From NCBI GenBank assembly GCA_965247095.1, contig OZ251997.1, positions 1,600,001-1,664,000 of the forward strand: a DNA stretch of 64,000 bases, written 5' to 3'. Shown piece after piece: positions 10,130 through 19,064 of this stretch. The notes under the pieces are model-generated. The model worked only from the letters and a program-made list of their open reading frames with translations. It did no database searches and had not been told where the DNA came from. The translations under genes and the position numbers were made by a program. Origin of the DNA: Candidatus Multivorans sp. GTDB lineage: Bacteria > Acidobacteriota > Thermoanaerobaculia > Multivoradales > Multivoraceae. Position 1 is the stretch's first letter. The number at the start of each line of letters is the position of its first letter.

Positions 10130-10777
10130 GTGATTCTCATCGCCGCGCAACAACCTAGGCACTGAGGGTATTGTTCTAGTGTTGAACTAGCTGGTCTATC
10201 TGAAGACATGGTATTCTCTTGGCCTTGGAAACTCATGAGTGTTCCGGTACCGAGACCTCACGAAGGTCCCCGCATCGTACGCAAGCCCCTAGCGAGCCTT
10301 CTCCACGACGAGAAGTCTTGCGCGGCGGCCGGCACGGTACCACAACCAGTGGTGTATGCGGACTCTTGGACAGCGCCTTGAATCACGTTCGAGGGCCGCC
10401 CCAGGAGCGCCGACGCCATCCCGCTCTTCATGCGGGCGGTACAGCGCGTGCAGGGGAGGTGACCTCGCCTGTTGTCAGGTCTACTGCCGAATGCCCGCGG
10501 GGGTCCGACATAGGCTCGCAAGGGTGGTCGGCCTGGGATTTTCCGGTAGTGTGTTTGGAACTACTCGTGGTAGGTGCCGGTTCCTCACGGACGCCTGTGG
10601 CCACACCCGTTGCCGGGGCGGGACCGGATAGCGGCTCCCGTGGTAGCTTCATGACCGCCAGTTCCTCAGCGTGAACGGCGCGTGGGCCGGTCCGCGCTGT
10701 AGGTGCTGGTGGCGTTGGTCGGTCACACCGATCGGCACAGCTCGGTCAAGGCGAGCATTGTGAGGGAGAATCTTCGA

Positions 10778-11092
10778 ATGTCGACTTACGGAACCATCCA
10801 CGACGCGATCAAGAACAAGCAAGTCGTCAGAGCCACCTACAGAGGTCGTGTTCGGGTCATGTGCCCCCATGTGCTCGGCACCAAGAACGGGCGAAAGCAG
10901 GTCCTGTGCTATCAGTTCGGCGGTTCTAGCAGTAGCGGCTTGAGGCCGGACGGTTCTGGGGAGAATTGGCGCTGCATGGTTCTGGACGGCCTCTCCAACG
11001 TCTCCGTCGAGCGCGGGCCCTGGCGTACTGCGCCCAACCACTCACGCCCCCAGACGTGCGTGGATGACGTCCACATCGAGGTTTCTTTCTAA
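10778..11092 (+). CDS. Small stand-alone WYL-like domain protein
   Basis: 'AIKNKQVVRATYRGRVRVMCPHVLG...LCYQFGG...WRCMVLD' follows the WYL pattern; AGGGAG RBS. Confidence 0.65.
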   Translation: MSTYGTIHDAIKNKQVVRATYRGRVRVMCPHVLGTKNGRKQVLCYQFGGSSSSGLRPDGSGENWRCMVLDGLSNVSVERGPWRTAPNHSRPQTCVDDVHIEVSF

Positions 11093-11389
11093 GGGCACAA
11101 GAGGTGGCGCGAATCAACGGGAATGCGAGCCAGGCCCCGGCGGACCAGTGTGGGGAAGAGTAGTGCAGCACTGCTACGAATCGCGCCGAACTCCGGTCAC
11201 CATTCTCCTGTGGTCGCCGTTTCTTCTGCTCCTCGTGCACCGGCGAGCGAGCGGCCATCTTCGGAGCGGTGCCAGAACAGGAACTCCTCGAAGGTGTAGG
11301 TTACGCTTAGTGGGCCTCCACCATTCCCAAACTGCTAGCACCGCCGCTGATGATAGTTCGTGTGTGGCTCCTGGGCATCTGTCGTCTTT

Positions 11390-11615
11390 CTAGCCAGCCG
11401 CCTCGGGTTCGCGGCGGCAACGGAGGTATCGCGCGGTCAATCCTCGCCTGGAACTGGCACCGTGAGATGAGCCACTCGCCGTGGACCTTCTCGAGGTCGT
11501 CGTCGTCGAAGCCGACGACGGTGTTGTCGACCGCTGCCTGACGTTCGACGATTACGCAGAACTCGCAGGTCGAGTGAGCCCGGTCGCCGTCGATGTCGAT
11601 CACGTGATTGGCCAC
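11390..11615 (-). pseudogene. SnoaL/NTF2-like C-terminal fragment
   Basis: 'ANHVIDIDGDRAHSTC...DDDLEKVHGEWLISR'; the N-terminal half is missing. Confidence 0.6.
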
Positions 11616-11739
11616 ACGATTTTGTGAGCGTGGGCGATTCTCGTCCCGCGTGTGTCCGGCTATCGCGTCCCGAATCGTCGGCTCTCATGCCGACGGCGAG
11701 TGCCGCGAAGTCCCCCTCACCCACCGGCGGCATCCGGCT

Positions 11740-11954
11740 GGCCCCGCTAGCCGTGGCGCCACCCGTCCGTCGCGAATAGGACTCACCGAGTCGGCGACCG
11801 CTTTCCTGGCGGTGCCGGCGATGAGTTGGGCTCCTACAATGGCCAGCCCGTCGGGCTCGGCAGATAAGCCATCTGAGTCAGGACCGCCGGCGCAACCAGC
11901 CGGAATCGCGATGCCAGGGAACGCGATCAATGGAATCGACAGGTTGCGTTTCAT
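11740..11954 (-). pseudogene. N-terminal fragment of an amidohydrolase lipoprotein
   Basis: 'LAIVGAQLIAGTARKAVADSVSPIRDGRV' matches 'LAIVGAQLIDGTGADPIADSVILIRDGRV' of 16969..18336. Confidence 0.7.
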
Positions 11955-11975
11955 GGCGTGGAGGCTAGCTGCCGC

Positions 11976-13907
11976 CTAACCGATGATCGGCGGCATCGGG
12001 CAGCCCATCGACGCCGACACCGCCCGCAGAAGCTCCGCCTCTTCCGCCGTGACCTGCCGGTCGGCGGTGATGCAGGCGACCGCCGCCTCGAGCACGCGCT
12101 TCTTCACCTGCGGAGCGGCCCGGTCGAGCTCAACGAGGGCGGCATCGAGTTCGGCGAGACCGCATTCCTCATGCGGGAGAAGCCGGGCCTCCGGCAGCGA
12201 GAGCACTCGCCATGCCTGCTCGAACGCGCTACCTGCCGCTTGCGGATTCCGATGTCCCACGTACGCCAACACCGACATCAGCAGCGCCAACTGGGACCGC
12301 ACCGCGCTGACCGAGTTGTGCCGCACGCGCGGTCGCCTGGGCCTTCCGAAGTGCCCCTCCAGGTCCCTCAGCAGGATGCGATAGAGCGACCACTCGAACA
12401 GGTCGATCACCTCGTCCGCTTCGACTACCGCGACCAGGTTGTGCAGGAAGAGCCGGTACTGCGACGGCGTCAAGGCGCGGAGCGCGGGCAGTGAGAGCTC
12501 GAGGAGGGGCAAACGCATCCTCGGGTCGAGCTGCTCGACCAAGGGGGCCAGCCTGACGGTTTCCTCGTAGACGCCGCGGTCGGCCGCCGCTTCGAGGTGC
12601 GAGAGCTGCAACTGTCTTGGCCCGGGGTCCCGGTCGAGCACGAGCGCGTAGACCACCGCGCGGGCGCCGTAGGGCTCGCGGGCAGCCTCGACGACCGGCT
12701 TGGGCAGGTGGTCGATCAGGTCCGCGGCGTACTCGATGTGCGCGGGGGTCGGTTGCCCGACGTGGCTGACGGCGTCCGCGACATTCGTGCCGGCGCCGGC
12801 CCCGGCAGCGGCTTCGGCCCCCGCGAAGCCCGCGGCGCCTGGCGCGGCAGCCGCCGCTTGTGCGCCAACGGCCCCGGCAGGCAGTTCGGGAAACTCACCG
12901 TCCCAGGAGGGGTCGATGCGCTTGATCCGTTCCTTGAGCGGCGGATGGGTCGCGAACATCGCGTTGAATCCGGAGGTCGCGCGACCAAAGAACATGTGAC
13001 TCGCCTGCGGCGCGTTCGGGTTCTTGACCGCCGAGCCGGCCACGAAGCCGCCGATCTTCTTGAGCGCCCCGGCGATACCGGAAGGCTGGCGCGTGAACTG
13101 CACGGCCGAGGCGTCCGCCAGGAACTCCCGCTGCCGGCTGACCGCGGCCTTGATCAGGTTGCCGAAGAACGTGCCGGCGAAACCGATGACCGCGAGCCCG
13201 GCGCCGATCGCCAGGATAGGCAGAGCGCCCTTGCTGTCTCTCGATCGTCCGCCACCGGTAAAGAACGACATCCTCAGGACGAAGTAGCCGATCATCCCGA
13301 TGATCAGGATGCCGTGCAGCAGGCCGATCAGACGGACGTTGAGCCGCATGTCGCCGTTCAGGATGTGGCTGAACTCGTGCGCGATCACCCCCTGGAGTTC
13401 ATCGCGGTCGAGCGTCGTCGCCGTCCCCCGCGTGACGCCGATGACGGCGTCCTGCGGCGTCAACCCGGCCGCGAACGCGTTGATGCCCTCCTCCTGCTCC
13501 AGCAGGTAGACAGGCGGTGTCGCGGTGCCGGAGGCGATGGCCATCTCCTCGACGACGTTGAGCAGCCTTCGTTCCACCGGATCCGATGTGCCCGTATCCA
13601 CAAGCCGTCCGCCCAGCTCCTCGGCAACCACCCTGCCGCCGCCGCTCAGTTGGGCGACCTTGTACAGGCTGCCTCCGCCGACAACGACCAGGGTGCCGAC
13701 GACCGCCAGGATCAGGAGCCGGGGGTCGGCGACGGCCGTCCAGTCGACCTCGTTGGTCTCGGGATCGCGCCCGAGGTAGCCCATCGCGCCGGCCAGCAGC
13801 ACCTCGATGGAGGCCATGATCGCGAGGACCGCAAGCCCGAACAGGACCACAAGGCGGACCGTGCTCCGCCTGGCCGTGTCCTGCCGCTGAAAGAAGTCTG
13901 TGGCCAT
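11976..13907 (-). CDS. M48 family (HtpX-like) membrane zinc metallopeptidase
   Basis: 'INAFAAG', HEFSH zinc motif, 'SRQREFLADA' and 'ATHPPL'; downstream of lemA. Confidence 0.93.
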   Translation of the reverse strand: MATDFFQRQDTARRSTVRLVVLFGLAVLAIMASIEVLLAGAMGYLGRDPETNEVDWTAVADPRLLILAVVGTLVVVGGGSLYKVAQLSGGGRVVAEELGGRLVDTGTSDPVERRLLNVVEEMAIASGTATPPVYLLEQEEGINAFAAGLTPQDAVIGVTRGTATTLDRDELQGVIAHEFSHILNGDMRLNVRLIGLLHGILIIGMIGYFVLRMSFFTGGGRSRDSKGALPILAIGAGLAVIGFAGTFFGNLIKAAVSRQREFLADASAVQFTRQPSGIAGALKKIGGFVAGSAVKNPNAPQASHMFFGRATSGFNAMFATHPPLKERIKRIDPSWDGEFPELPAGAVGAQAAAAAPGAAGFAGAEAAAGAGAGTNVADAVSHVGQPTPAHIEYAADLIDHLPKPVVEAAREPYGARAVVYALVLDRDPGPRQLQLSHLEAAADRGVYEETVRLAPLVEQLDPRMRLPLLELSLPALRALTPSQYRLFLHNLVAVVEADEVIDLFEWSLYRILLRDLEGHFGRPRRPRVRHNSVSAVRSQLALLMSVLAYVGHRNPQAAGSAFEQAWRVLSLPEARLLPHEECGLAELDAALVELDRAAPQVKKRVLEAAVACITADRQVTAEEAELLRAVSASMGCPMPPIIG

Positions 13908-13929
13908 TGGGCCGCGCGGAACGCCTTGG

Positions 13930-14538
13930 CTACTCGAACGACACGCTTGGCGCTTCGGCGATCGCCTCGCTGTCGAACTCGAGCAGCGTCGCGTCCTTCC
14001 CGTGACCGAACATCCCGGCGATCATCACGGCCGGGAACCTCTGCTTGTAGGTGTTGTAGAGCGTCACAGTGTCGTTGAACGCTTGGCGCGAAAAGGCGAC
14101 CTTGTTCTCCGTCGAGCGAAGCTCCTCGCTGAGCTGCATCATGTTCTGGTTCGCCTTCAGGTCCGGGTAGCTCTCAGCGAGCGCGAAAAGGCGGCCCAAC
14201 GTACCGGTGAGGACGCCTTCGGCCGACGCAAGGCCCTGGATCGCCGCCGCATCGCCCGGATCCGCGGCGGCCTGCTCCAGTCCTCCGGCGGCCATGTTCC
14301 GGGCCTGAATCACCGCCTCGAGCGTTTCCCGCTCGTGCTTCATGTAGCCCTTCGCCACCTCGACCATGTTCGGAATCAGGTCGTAGCGGCGCTTGAGCTG
14401 AACCTCGATCTGCGCGAACCCGTTCTGATACCGGTTCTTCAGGGTGACCAGCTTGTTGAACGTCCCGATCATCGACCCGCCAAAAATGATGGCGAGGAGG
14501 ACCAGGACGGCCAGGAACACGATGGTGACTAAGCTCAT
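13930..14538 (-). CDS. lemA: LemA family protein
   Basis: 'QIEVQLKRRYDLIPN' and 'ESYPDLKANQN'; N-terminal TM helix. Confidence 0.95.
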   Translation of the reverse strand: MSLVTIVFLAVLVLLAIIFGGSMIGTFNKLVTLKNRYQNGFAQIEVQLKRRYDLIPNMVEVAKGYMKHERETLEAVIQARNMAAGGLEQAAADPGDAAAIQGLASAEGVLTGTLGRLFALAESYPDLKANQNMMQLSEELRSTENKVAFSRQAFNDTVTLYNTYKQRFPAVMIAGMFGHGKDATLLEFDSEAIAEAPSVSFE

Positions 14539-14615
14539 GAACTGCCTCCGCTAGAGGGGCCGGTAGTTGACCCGGTCCCGGATGCTGTCACACAGGACGC
14601 TCTTCGCCCCCGTCG

Positions 14616-16937
14616 TCAGAGACGAAACGTGTACTGCGCCTTCACGGCCAGCCTCGAGTCCTGCTGGCGGAAGTCGGCGCCGCGCTCGCCGAGTTCCTGC
14701 ACCCAGCCCTGGCCGAAGATGAAGAACAGGTCGTTCCCCGGCTCAAGAGTCCAGCGCACCCGGCCTTGAAAACCGAGGTTGCCCGAGCGGTTGTCGAACT
14801 GAATCAGATTCGAGAACGACAGGTTGGGCGAAACCGCATAGTTGATCTGGGCCCTGTGAATCCTGGCGACGAAGTCGCCCTGTGGCAGCCGGGCGAAGGT
14901 CTGATTGGTGTTGAGGCTGATCGTCAACCGCGGCGGCGCGGAGTACCTCACGCCCACATTGACCGACTCGGCGCTTCCCGACCAGAAACTGCCGAAGGAG
15001 ATGCCCAAACTGCCCTGAAGCCTGCGCTTCTGCGCCGAACTGAAGAAGACCCGCAACGGCGTGAATTCGTACTCGCCCGGAGGCAGAACCACGCCGGGGG
15101 AGATCTCGAACGGCTCGAACAGCCGCTCGTAGGTGGGGTTCACGTCGAACAGGCTGTGCAGGGAGTCGCCCGACTGGAAGTGCCAATCGACGAGCGTCAC
15201 ATAGACCTCCCGGGTCTCAACCAGCCCATTGTCGAGCCGTGTGAACTCCGTGAAGAAGATGTCGTGGTACATCTGCTGAATGCCCAGCCATTGGTTCTTG
15301 GGCCGCGGGTTGAAGCTGGTGCCGACCCGGAACATGCGTACGTTGCGCCGCTGAACGAATCCGAGCGCCGGATCGAAGTTCTCCTGGATCTCGCGCCATT
15401 GCACCTGGGCGTCGAACCGGTCGTTGGGAAACGCGGCCGCGAAGCCGAAGGCCGCATCGTCGCCGGCAGTGCCTTCGTCGGAAAAGCCTTCGTTTTCGCT
15501 CTTGAGACCCCAGGCGTTGAAGACCAGGTTGCGACCGCTGCCCAGAACGTCGGAGGTGGCCAGACGCAGGTCGACTCCCATCGTGCTGCCGTCAACGGCA
15601 AGGGCCGGATTGCCGCTGGTGACGAGAGCGCCGACGTAGGACTGCTGCCAGAAGTTCTGCCGGACGCGCCCGACGAACAGGCTCTGGTCTTCGACGAATG
15701 AAGTGTCGCGCGTGCCCACGTTGAGGACGCCGACTTCGGTGCGGCCCACCCTGCCGGTCAGCTTGATCCCGTAGTCGAGCGGCACCTCCCGTCCTCCGAG
15801 CAGACCGATTCGGCGGCTGAAGAACGGGAAGATCTCCGCTCCCGTGTCGGGAATGCCTCCCGGCTGATCGACCCCGGTGGTGGCGAAGTTGAAGACGCCG
15901 GCATCCTGCAGGAAGAACGACCGCTTCTCGGGAAAGAAGATCGAGAAGCGAGTCAGATTGATCTGGCGCGCGTCCACCTCGGTCTCCCCGAAGTCGGTGT
16001 TGAACGTGGCCGTCAGCTTCAGATTGGGCGTCACGTTGTAGAACAGATCCAGTCCAGGCTTGCCGCGCAGGCTGTCGTCGCCACTGCCGGCACTCTGCTG
16101 CCACCGGCCGGCAAGGAATGGCCGGATATCCAGGCTGAGGCCCTGCTCGAGGCCTTCGAGGCCGGTGATCTCGCCCGCCTCCGAGACCTGGAGGAACTGC
16201 GTGTCGAAACGAGCTCCCGCCCAGCGGGCCTCCTCGGACTTTCGTTGGATCTGGCGGCCGATGTTGAATCCCCAGACCGTTCCCTCCGGCGGGAAGTTCA
16301 GACTCTTGAAGGGGATCGCGAACTCCGCGCTCCAGCCCTGATCCGAGCGCCGGGTCGCGACCGTCCAGATGGCATCCCAATCTTCGTTCGTCTCGCCGTT
16401 CGCGAACACCAGACCGTCCACCAGAGCGCCGTTCGGATTCGTCGAAAAGTAGAAGGCGTTGCTCTGATCGCGAAAGGTGTCGAGCAGCAGCTCAATGCTG
16501 TCGTCGGGGCCCAAGGATGCGTCGCGGGCCATCTGCGACGCGAGGACTCTGCCCGGCTCGGAGTCATGACACAGCACTCCGATGTACAGGTTGTCCGCGT
16601 CGCGAAGAAGCGTCACCTCCGTCCTCTCGCTCGGCTCGGCACCCTCCGTCGGTATGCGTTGAACCAGGGCGCCGATGTTCGGCGACGATGCCCATGCCGT
16701 CTCGTCGAGGACGCCGTCGATGAGAATCGGCGCCGTTACCGCCGTCACGACGGCCGTCCGGGTCGGGCTGCCCGACTCATCCTGGCGGAGAGCGGCGCCC
16801 GACGCGGCCGGGGGGACGAGCGCCAGCAAGCCATACACCGCCACGACCGCCCGCATCCGCCCGCTGGGTACGCCGACCTCCGGTCGGCATCCGGGCACGA
16901 CCCGGCGCCCGGTCGAATCGGTCGCTCCCCCTGACAA
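14616..16937 (-). CDS. Carbohydrate-binding family 9-like / DUF5916 outer-membrane-type protein
   Basis: 'IDGVLDE..W', 'WSAEFAIPFKSL' and 'NTDFGETEVDARQINLTRF..FFPEKRSFF'. Start is TTG 16937 (GGAG RBS) or ATG 16856. Confidence 0.85.
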   Translation of the reverse strand: MSGGATDSTGRRVVPGCRPEVGVPSGRMRAVVAVYGLLALVPPAASGAALRQDESGSPTRTAVVTAVTAPILIDGVLDETAWASSPNIGALVQRIPTEGAEPSERTEVTLLRDADNLYIGVLCHDSEPGRVLASQMARDASLGPDDSIELLLDTFRDQSNAFYFSTNPNGALVDGLVFANGETNEDWDAIWTVATRRSDQGWSAEFAIPFKSLNFPPEGTVWGFNIGRQIQRKSEEARWAGARFDTQFLQVSEAGEITGLEGLEQGLSLDIRPFLAGRWQQSAGSGDDSLRGKPGLDLFYNVTPNLKLTATFNTDFGETEVDARQINLTRFSIFFPEKRSFFLQDAGVFNFATTGVDQPGGIPDTGAEIFPFFSRRIGLLGGREVPLDYGIKLTGRVGRTEVGVLNVGTRDTSFVEDQSLFVGRVRQNFWQQSYVGALVTSGNPALAVDGSTMGVDLRLATSDVLGSGRNLVFNAWGLKSENEGFSDEGTAGDDAAFGFAAAFPNDRFDAQVQWREIQENFDPALGFVQRRNVRMFRVGTSFNPRPKNQWLGIQQMYHDIFFTEFTRLDNGLVETREVYVTLVDWHFQSGDSLHSLFDVNPTYERLFEPFEISPGVVLPPGEYEFTPLRVFFSSAQKRRLQGSLGISFGSFWSGSAESVNVGVRYSAPPRLTISLNTNQTFARLPQGDFVARIHRAQINYAVSPNLSFSNLIQFDNRSGNLGFQGRVRWTLEPGNDLFFIFGQGWVQELGERGADFRQQDSRLAVKAQYTFRL
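16864..16891 (+). repeat. REP-like single hairpin
   Basis: CTGGGTAC-GCCGACC-tcc-GGTCGGC-ATC. Confidence 0.7.
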
Positions 16938-16968
16938 CCCGCTGCTCCGTCTTGGTTTCAGGGTTGTC

Positions 16969-18336
16969 TCAGGGCGACGGCAAGAGCCCGTCCCGGTCCA
17001 CCCATGCGCCGCGCAGCATCACGCGGTCGATCTGGAGGGTGTTCCGGATGTCGGCGAGCGGGTCCGCGTTGAGCACGATCAGATCGGCGCTCATGCCGGC
17101 CGTGAGCGTGCCGAAGCCGGCCTCGCCAACCGGCGGCACACGACCGGCACTGGTAGCCGTCGCGGCAACGAGCGTTTCCATCGGCGTCAGGCCGGCCTCG
17201 ACGTAGAGCTCAAGCTCGTGGTGGGTGCCCCAGCCCATCGGCACGTTCGGCGTGCCGCTGTCGGTGCCCAGCGCCACCTTGATGCCGTGGTCGTGGAGCG
17301 TCTTGACGAAGTCCTGCACCTGCCGGAAAGAGACCTTGCGGCCCTCGAAACCGTCCGCCCCGAGAATGGCCGCCCGCGTCTCCTCGCTGCTGAACCGTTC
17401 CAGCGCTCCCGGGTTCATCACCGCCCGCAGCTCCGGGTCGTCCAGCAGCTCCGGGTTCTCGGCGAAGTGCCAGTTGTTCTGGATGATCGACAGGGTCGGC
17501 GCGAAGGCGCAGTCCTTCTCCAGGCACAGATCGAGGAACGCCTGGCTGGGCACCGGGTCCTCCATCGGCACGCCGCCGCCGGGCCCGAAGGTCCGCACCG
17601 TGCTGTGCATGAACTCGTTGAGCCCAGCTTCGAGAAGCTGGACGCCGTCGGCCTCCTCGTCGATGTGGGCAACCGGAACGAGCCCGTTCTTTTGCGACTC
17701 GTCGACGATCGCGGCCCGGATCTCCGGCGGGACCTTAAGGTTCGGCTCCGCGACCTCGTTGATCCACATCTTCGTGAAGTGAACGCCCAGTGCCGCCTGT
17801 TCGCGCACCATCGCGCGCGCCTCTTCCTCGGTCGTCGGCGTGTTCGTGAACCCCGAGTTGAAGCCGCCCGGGTAGGAGAAGCCGAGCCCGGCCGTGAACG
17901 CCCGCGGCAAGTCCGGGCGTCCGGCGTTGGCCTCCAGCATCAGCGCCACCTTCTCCGGGCTGTCCGAGCCGATGCTCCGCGTCGTCGTCACCCCGTAGTA
18001 GAGCTGCGACTTGAGCGCCTGCTCGGACGCCTCCACCGGACCGCCGTAGTGGGCGTGCAGGTCGACGAACCCGGCGATCACCGTCTTGCCGGCCGCGTCG
18101 ACGATCTCCGTGCCGTCCGGCACCTCGACGGCATCCCGCGAGCCGGCCGCCTGGACGCGCCCGTCGCGGATCAGGATGACCGAGTCGGCGATCGGATCGG
18201 CGCCGGTGCCGTCTATGAGCTGCGCGCCCACGATCGCCAGGTCGGCGGGCTCTACCGGCGCGGAATCAGCGGCGCAAGCCGCGAGGAGGGAGATCGCCGG
18301 GAGCGCGAGAACTGGAACAGCAACGCTTCTTGTCAT
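16969..18336 (-). CDS. Amidohydrolase family lipoprotein
   Basis: Lipobox LLAAC, 'GFVDLHAH', 'ALGTDSG' and 'ADLIVLNADPL'. Confidence 0.9.
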   Translation of the reverse strand: MTRSVAVPVLALPAISLLAACAADSAPVEPADLAIVGAQLIDGTGADPIADSVILIRDGRVQAAGSRDAVEVPDGTEIVDAAGKTVIAGFVDLHAHYGGPVEASEQALKSQLYYGVTTTRSIGSDSPEKVALMLEANAGRPDLPRAFTAGLGFSYPGGFNSGFTNTPTTEEEARAMVREQAALGVHFTKMWINEVAEPNLKVPPEIRAAIVDESQKNGLVPVAHIDEEADGVQLLEAGLNEFMHSTVRTFGPGGGVPMEDPVPSQAFLDLCLEKDCAFAPTLSIIQNNWHFAENPELLDDPELRAVMNPGALERFSSEETRAAILGADGFEGRKVSFRQVQDFVKTLHDHGIKVALGTDSGTPNVPMGWGTHHELELYVEAGLTPMETLVAATATSAGRVPPVGEAGFGTLTAGMSADLIVLNADPLADIRNTLQIDRVMLRGAWVDRDGLLPSP

Positions 18337-18348
18337 GGTGCGGGCAGG

Positions 18349-19006
18349 CTACCAGCCGGCCCGCCGGACTACTGCGTATCGCTCTCCACGTGTTCCCGGA
18401 CCACCAGCATCTCGACCGGCCGTTTCTCCGCCACCATCGCCAGACCCAACATCCTCGATCGCCTGGAAGACGGACTCCGGCTCCGGGGAACCGAACTTCA
18501 ACAGGATCTGGTACCGGCCTGTAATCCCGGTCTCGTTCAAGGTCGGTCGCTCCAGCAAATGGGCGACGCGGTCCACCAGGCCGTCGAGGTCAGTCGCCCC
18601 CAGCGAATCGGAGGTGACTCGCGAACCGGAGTGCCCGGAAGCAGGAAGAGGCCTGAGCTTCGGTTCACCCTGCTTGACCAAGACGTACGCGTCCACGACG
18701 CGCTCCTCCCAACGGGCTTCGATTCAGTTAGTACGTCCAGCTCAAGCATCGCATCGATTTCCTCCAACTCAGGGACATCGGGACGCCGCCCCGCTATCAA
18801 GTCGAGCAGGTCTTCCCTGGTCAGCTCATGCGCCCGAGTGACCGCCTGAATCACTCCCTCCTTGTCCTTAGGTCCACGCTGGCGGGAGCACCGCTCTCCG
18901 GTTCGGTCCCGGACCCGCTGTTCGCCCCACACCCCAGGATGGACGTTGTAGCCAGACTCGCCACGGCCACGATCGGGATTCTCCAGATCGAGGTCGTCCT
19001 TCGCAT
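18349..19006 (-). pseudogene. Decayed TIGR03435/DUF3738-like lipoprotein
   Basis: Three frames are needed: signal 'MRRTTSIW...ILGC', then 'TREDLLDLI', then 'DAYVLVKQGEPKL...LERPTLNETGITGRYQILL'. It follows the M56 gene. Confidence 0.5.
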
Positions 19007-19064
19007 CGTGCTTCCTTTCCTTGTGGTGCAACCTGGGAGCAAGTCCCGCTCGAGCCCGCGTGGT

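Noticed and set aside
11093-11390. Short minus-strand peptide 'VTYTFEEFLFWHRSE'
   Set aside because: Too short and lacking a start, so it cannot be assigned; probably debris.
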